Shown here: in pieces, positions 60,259-64,000 of the stretch
Layout of the letters: each line of letters begins with the position of its first letter
Numbering within the stretch: the first letter of the stretch is position 1
DNA from: Cyanidioschyzon merolae
Taxonomy: Eukaryota
DNA length: 64,000 bases
NCBI GenBank assembly: GCA_000091205.1
Contig: AP006499.2
Strand: one strand, 5' to 3'
The notes under the pieces: generated by a model
Told to the model about the DNA's origin: nothing
Databases searched by the model: none
Seen by the model: the letters and a program-made list of their open reading frames with translations, nothing else
Program-made: the position numbers and the translations under genes

Positions 60259-60948
60259 ATGAGCGACGCTACGAACAACGCAGTTTTGGTAAGAAATTTG
60301 TCCCCCGAGGTGACTAAACAGACTCTCTTGGACTTTTTCTCGTTCTGTGGCGAAATCTCCGCGGTGAAAATTCGTCCATCCGTAGGGGAGGGGGGTTCTT
60401 CCAGCTCTGGGAGCCCAACGGAAGCGATGGAGGCCCTGGTGATTTTTGAAAACCAGTCAGCGAAGAAAACCGCTCTAGTCCTGGATTCTGCTACTCTTAA
60501 GAAGCGAAAGATTAGTGTTATGGATGCAACCGAGGAGCTCGTCTCCTCTTTTAAAGACGTCCGGGAAGTGGACCTCGCGAGGGACAGCACCGACGTTCCA
60601 GAGACTGCTACCGCTCGCCAGGAACGGCTGCAGGGCCTCCGCGAAGAGTTCGACCGCGCCATCAAACGCGCTTCCGACAAGCTCAGCGATTTCAATGAAA
60701 AGCACCGAATAACGGAAAAGGTCCAGGAGTTTGGCGACTTGACCAAACGCAAAACGCAGGAGATCAATGAACAGTACCGTCTAACGGAGCGAGCTCGCGA
60801 AGGCTGGCAGACCGTGCGTGAGAAAACACGCGAATTGGATGAGCGCTTGCATCTCAGCGAAAGTGCTCGGGACGGATGGAGATCGTTGAAAGCATCTGTG
60901 AGTAAGATTATGCAGAAAGATCGCGGCGGAGAGGTTGATAAAGCGTAG
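60259..60948 (+). CDS. RRM-domain RNA-binding protein with a C-terminal coiled/charged region
   Basis: The ATG at 60259 gives MSDATNNAVLVRNLSPEVTKQTLLDFFSFCGEISAVKI...ALVIFENQSAKKTALVLDSATLKKRKISV, an RNP-type RRM with VLVRNL as the RNP2-like element. The ORF track start at 60109 lies further upstream. Confidence 0.6.
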   Translation: MSDATNNAVLVRNLSPEVTKQTLLDFFSFCGEISAVKIRPSVGEGGSSSSGSPTEAMEALVIFENQSAKKTALVLDSATLKKRKISVMDATEELVSSFKDVREVDLARDSTDVPETATARQERLQGLREEFDRAIKRASDKLSDFNEKHRITEKVQEFGDLTKRKTQEINEQYRLTERAREGWQTVREKTRELDERLHLSESARDGWRSLKASVSKIMQKDRGGEVDKA

Positions 60949-62054
60949 GGACTCAGGGAATTCGTACTATTGAGACCGCCTGCTCTGAAACTCGAGCGAA
61001 GTTGCACCAGCAATGGATTTGGGTTTCAAATCTGATCCTCCGATTTGTGATGGCGAAGCTCCCATATCTGTATCATACATATGGTACCGTGATCGGAAGG
61101 CTCTGGCTCTGGGACAGGAGCTACCCAGCAACAAAGTGTCGAACGCGAAGAGCCCAGCCTTCTGGCGCGGCACCGACACCCGTCACAATTTTCTGCGTGC
61201 GCGGCACTGCATTTCGCGTTGATTTACGTCACTGCACAGTACTGGACGAGGGGCCATGCCATCAGCGAAACGTCCACGGGAGACGACAGCTCAAATTGCG
61301 CGTCTTCTATGTATACGATTCTGGAACGCGGCTGGGTCGAATCACGACAGCGTACGGATTCTTTGTCTGTGGACACTTTTCGACGAGTGCTTTCGAGTGG
61401 CTGGAGAATTCGAACCCTAGTCGTGGAGATTCGTCGTTCTGGTATAGCCGTCCGAATGAGCTAGAGCGGTGCCTCTGACAGAGAAAGATGTGTGATTGCA
61501 TTCGAGCGGACGAGCTGCGGAGGTCTCCATGCCGGAGACCTAGCGCCAAACTGAGCACACAGCACAGACCTGCGGGCGCTCACATAGAGGAGAAGATTAC
61601 GCGCCGATTGCGCTCGATTTGCGAAACGGCGCCTGCAGATAAATGGTGGCATTCAGGGCTCGCGCTGTAACCACGGAGAATGCTCCGCCCAAACAGTTGC
61701 TACAGAGACACGAATACCCGTATCACGGGAGCAGATAGGGACTTGCGGTGTAGCTGTTGTATGAAAAGATCGTTTAGATTCATTTACTGTGCAGGAAGGC
61801 AGAACCAGAATCCCATCATGTAATCTAAAGAATACGATCGCCCTGGGGTTTCTGAGGTCTTTGGAGATTTTGCGTAGGCTCGCGCATGTTCTCCAGAAGA
61901 ACGATTGAACCGCAAATCTACGAACTGATAGCTTTACCTCGGAAATAAACGCCTATTCGCTACAAACACTACAGATCACAGTATGTATCGGACGCAAGAA
62001 CAGAGTGCTGGGAAACCATACGACGCGAGGTGGAGGACACAATCTCGACGAATT

Positions 62055-62765
62055 ACATGCATCCCCAGGGCGAAGAACAACTTTTTACATCTATGGAGCG
62101 TATGGAAACCCATACGCAGACGCCGCGCAGCATTTTTGACCGGCCTCCTGCCACCGATATCAGTTTTTACCCCAGCACACTTTGAGCTTGAGAGTCTGGG
62201 CCACGAAGTTGAATCGCGTCGGATCCTTGGGTCTCGTCTTCTGCACCGCACACTGTCTGATATTAACAGCGACTTTAAGTCTCAGTTCATAAACTTAATG
62301 CGCGTATTGCCCCTGGCTGAACTCACCAGTGGACGGACTGCTAGAACTCGCGCCTTCTGTGCCACTACGGTCTCTTCAGTGTTCCGTCGGGCACACACTT
62401 TTTCCCGCCTATTTCCACTCTTCCTCTACGTCACATGCTCGGCTTCGCTCGATGCTAGGTGACAAGACAATTTTGTCTGTTTTTTCTTGAACCCGGCGAC
62501 ATCGGTACTCCAGGATCGTCGACTTGCTTTTCCATAACTTTCCTTTTCTAATTTTTGTCTGAAAAAGAACGCTTTTTGAACGCTTCTTTTATAGACTGCA
62601 AAAAACCAATCGAATACACTTGTTTGAGGTTTGGAACTCAAATGAATTGAAAGACTGTACTTTGCTTCGACCCCAACGCAAATACAACTTTTTCCGGTAG
62701 AACAACACGCTAATTGATCGGGATCATGTTTCCCTCCAACGGCGACATGCGCGTCGTGTCTCATG
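62055..62765 (-). mobile_element. Internally deleted Fanzor-family derivative, copy 3 (both ends retained, ~0.7 kb)
   Basis: The minus strand reads ...EETVVAQKARVLAVRPLVSSARGNTRIKFMN*DLK(frameshift)VAVNIRQCAVQK, collinear with copy 1's RLALVSTINDGKKRMEFVNRDFNAAINIRKCVV. The 3' motif aggagGCCGGTCAAAAATGCTGCGCGGCGTCTGCGTATGGG is at 62110..62148. The 5' end 62465..62765 aligns with 20150..20465 (cataactttcctttt...tctgaaaaagaacgc...atacactt..ttgagg.ttggaa...actttgct.cgac...gcaaataca...agaacaacacgct). Confidence 0.6.
62110..62148 (-). other. Conserved 3'-terminal non-coding motif, Fanzor family copy 3
   Basis: See the alignment in the findings. Confidence 0.4.
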
Positions 62766-63039
62766 TCTGCCCGATCTCCCAGGTGCGCTCACCGCCGCGA
62801 CGCATGCACCGCGCGAGACGGTACTCCGATCGATGAAGGACACGTGTCCGATGCCGCACTGGCACATGCGTGTTCTCACCAGCGCACTGCAGCTGCAATC
62901 CAGTGTCCTAAATCGGAAACTCACGTAGAATTATCTCCTGCTATAGGCCATGTCGCTGGTGCCCATCGCAGTACCGACCTGACATACAAGGAGATGTTGG
63001 GGCCTCCCACAAAAGCCCTGCAACGATTCCAGCAAACGC

Positions 63040-63310
63040 GTAGCGTTCTCAGCGACACACGCTTGTGTGGATGAGGTACGCATCACTCTACTCAATAGGA
63101 ATTTCATCAGTTTTATTGATCGTAATCAAACAATGTACGGCAGGGTTCCCGAACACGGATATGCGTTTATTGCCTATGCTTGTTATGCATGCTGCACGGA
63201 CGCTGGAGTATGGAACTGATTCGAATTCTGCTGGTATCCTGCGTCATGGGCTGGAACTGGTGGCAGTTCAAGTCATTGCCATGTCGTCGTCGTGCGTCGG
63301 ATTGTATTCG
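63040..63310 (+). repeat. ~280-bp dispersed repeat family Y, copy 2
   Basis: See the feature at 47060..47340. Confidence 0.6.
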
Positions 63311-64000
63311 CTGAAAGGAAGCCGCAGGACTTGTGTAACGTATTCAAGAAGAAACTCACGATGCTTTTATTCGATCTATTTCCAGACACTACCGCTCCCG
63401 AGCCTAAATTTCTGGACAAGCGTCAATATACTGTCCTTCAATCCCCAAACTGCCTATTATCAAAGCCAGCGGGGCGACGAGGGGCTAAACGAGCCCAAGA
63501 GCCACCGACACCAGTTTTACGGCTGGGCACCTTGCTGAGCACATCTTCCAGCGTTGCCGTTGTGCCGAAAGGGTTTGACTTCGGGCCCGCACCGCTCAGC
63601 TTATCTTTCCACTGCCCCTGCAGGTCCCAAGGCTTTCTTTGCTTGGGCACACGATCAAGATAAGACTCAGAGCCGTCCCGAGGGGTCGCGCGGCCTCCGA
63701 TGCCGCCAGCCCGAGCTCTGGCAATTGTGCGCTCCGCAGAAGGCGAACGGGGCTTCGAGTTGCCCTGTCGCGCTAGAACGTCGCTCCATGCAAGCGGTTC
63801 ATTGTTCAAGAGATCTTGCAGATCTGCCGCACCTCTCACGAATACCTGGACAGCTATCTGCGAACAAGACACCAAACCGAGCGCTCCGAAACTCAAGGAA
63901 GCCATGTCACCACAGTCGAGTCCGAACAAGGGTAAGCGAACGGCGCCTCGCGAAGCGTGACCTGGGAGGTGCACTGCGAGATCTCGAACGAATGTTGACA

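Noticed and set aside
63438-63974. 178-aa minus-strand ORF at the right edge
   Set aside because: It starts with GTG and has Gly/Arg/Ser-rich low-complexity sequence. It may be the 3' part of a gene continuing beyond the window, but it has no recognisable domain, so it is not reported as a feature.
1-64000. CRISPR arrays or prokaryotic defence loci
   Set aside because: All tandem repeats found are simple microsatellites or a single 71-bp duplication. The gene content (Pol epsilon, Lon presequence, Vps26, eIF2D, DPH7) is eukaryotic nuclear.

Overview
The window is GC-rich, apparently intron-poor eukaryotic nuclear DNA. Several very long genes are single uninterrupted ORFs: DNA polymerase epsilon catalytic subunit (6.7 kb), Lon protease, a 2xM16 metallopeptidase and gamma-glutamyltranspeptidase. 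Other recognisable genes are a partial histidinol dehydrogenase at the left edge, Vps26-like, chloroplast-type ATP synthase gamma, an HxGH nucleotidyltransferase, an organelle-targeted thioredoxin, eIF2D/ligatin, PPCS, an XRCC2-like Rad51 paralog, DPH7-like WD40, type II pantothenate kinase and an RRM protein. The chloroplast-type gamma subunit with a transit-peptide-like extension, plus targeting-like extensions on thioredoxin and the M16 peptidase, point to a photosynthetic host. Because the gamma subunit lacks the redox-regulatory Cys pair, it may be a red-lineage alga (inference only). Genes are about 4 kb apart and often divergently paired. The accessory content is the most notable part: (1) a decayed Fanzor/TnpB-like (OMEGA-family RuvC nuclease) DNA transposon at about 18.0-20.5 kb, and three short internally deleted derivatives of it, all sharing a conserved non-coding 3'-terminal motif; (2) a frameshifted non-LTR retrotransposon with an RT domain; (3) three near-identical copies of a 1.3-kb dispersed repeat, two of them inverted around a 7-kb gene-bearing segment; (4) two further small repeat families and many microsatellites, several of them translated as homopolymer tracts. 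The supplied ORF track uses GTG/TTG as well as ATG starts, so several CDS starts here were moved to the first ATG. No rRNA, CRISPR array or convincing tRNA was recognised by eye.
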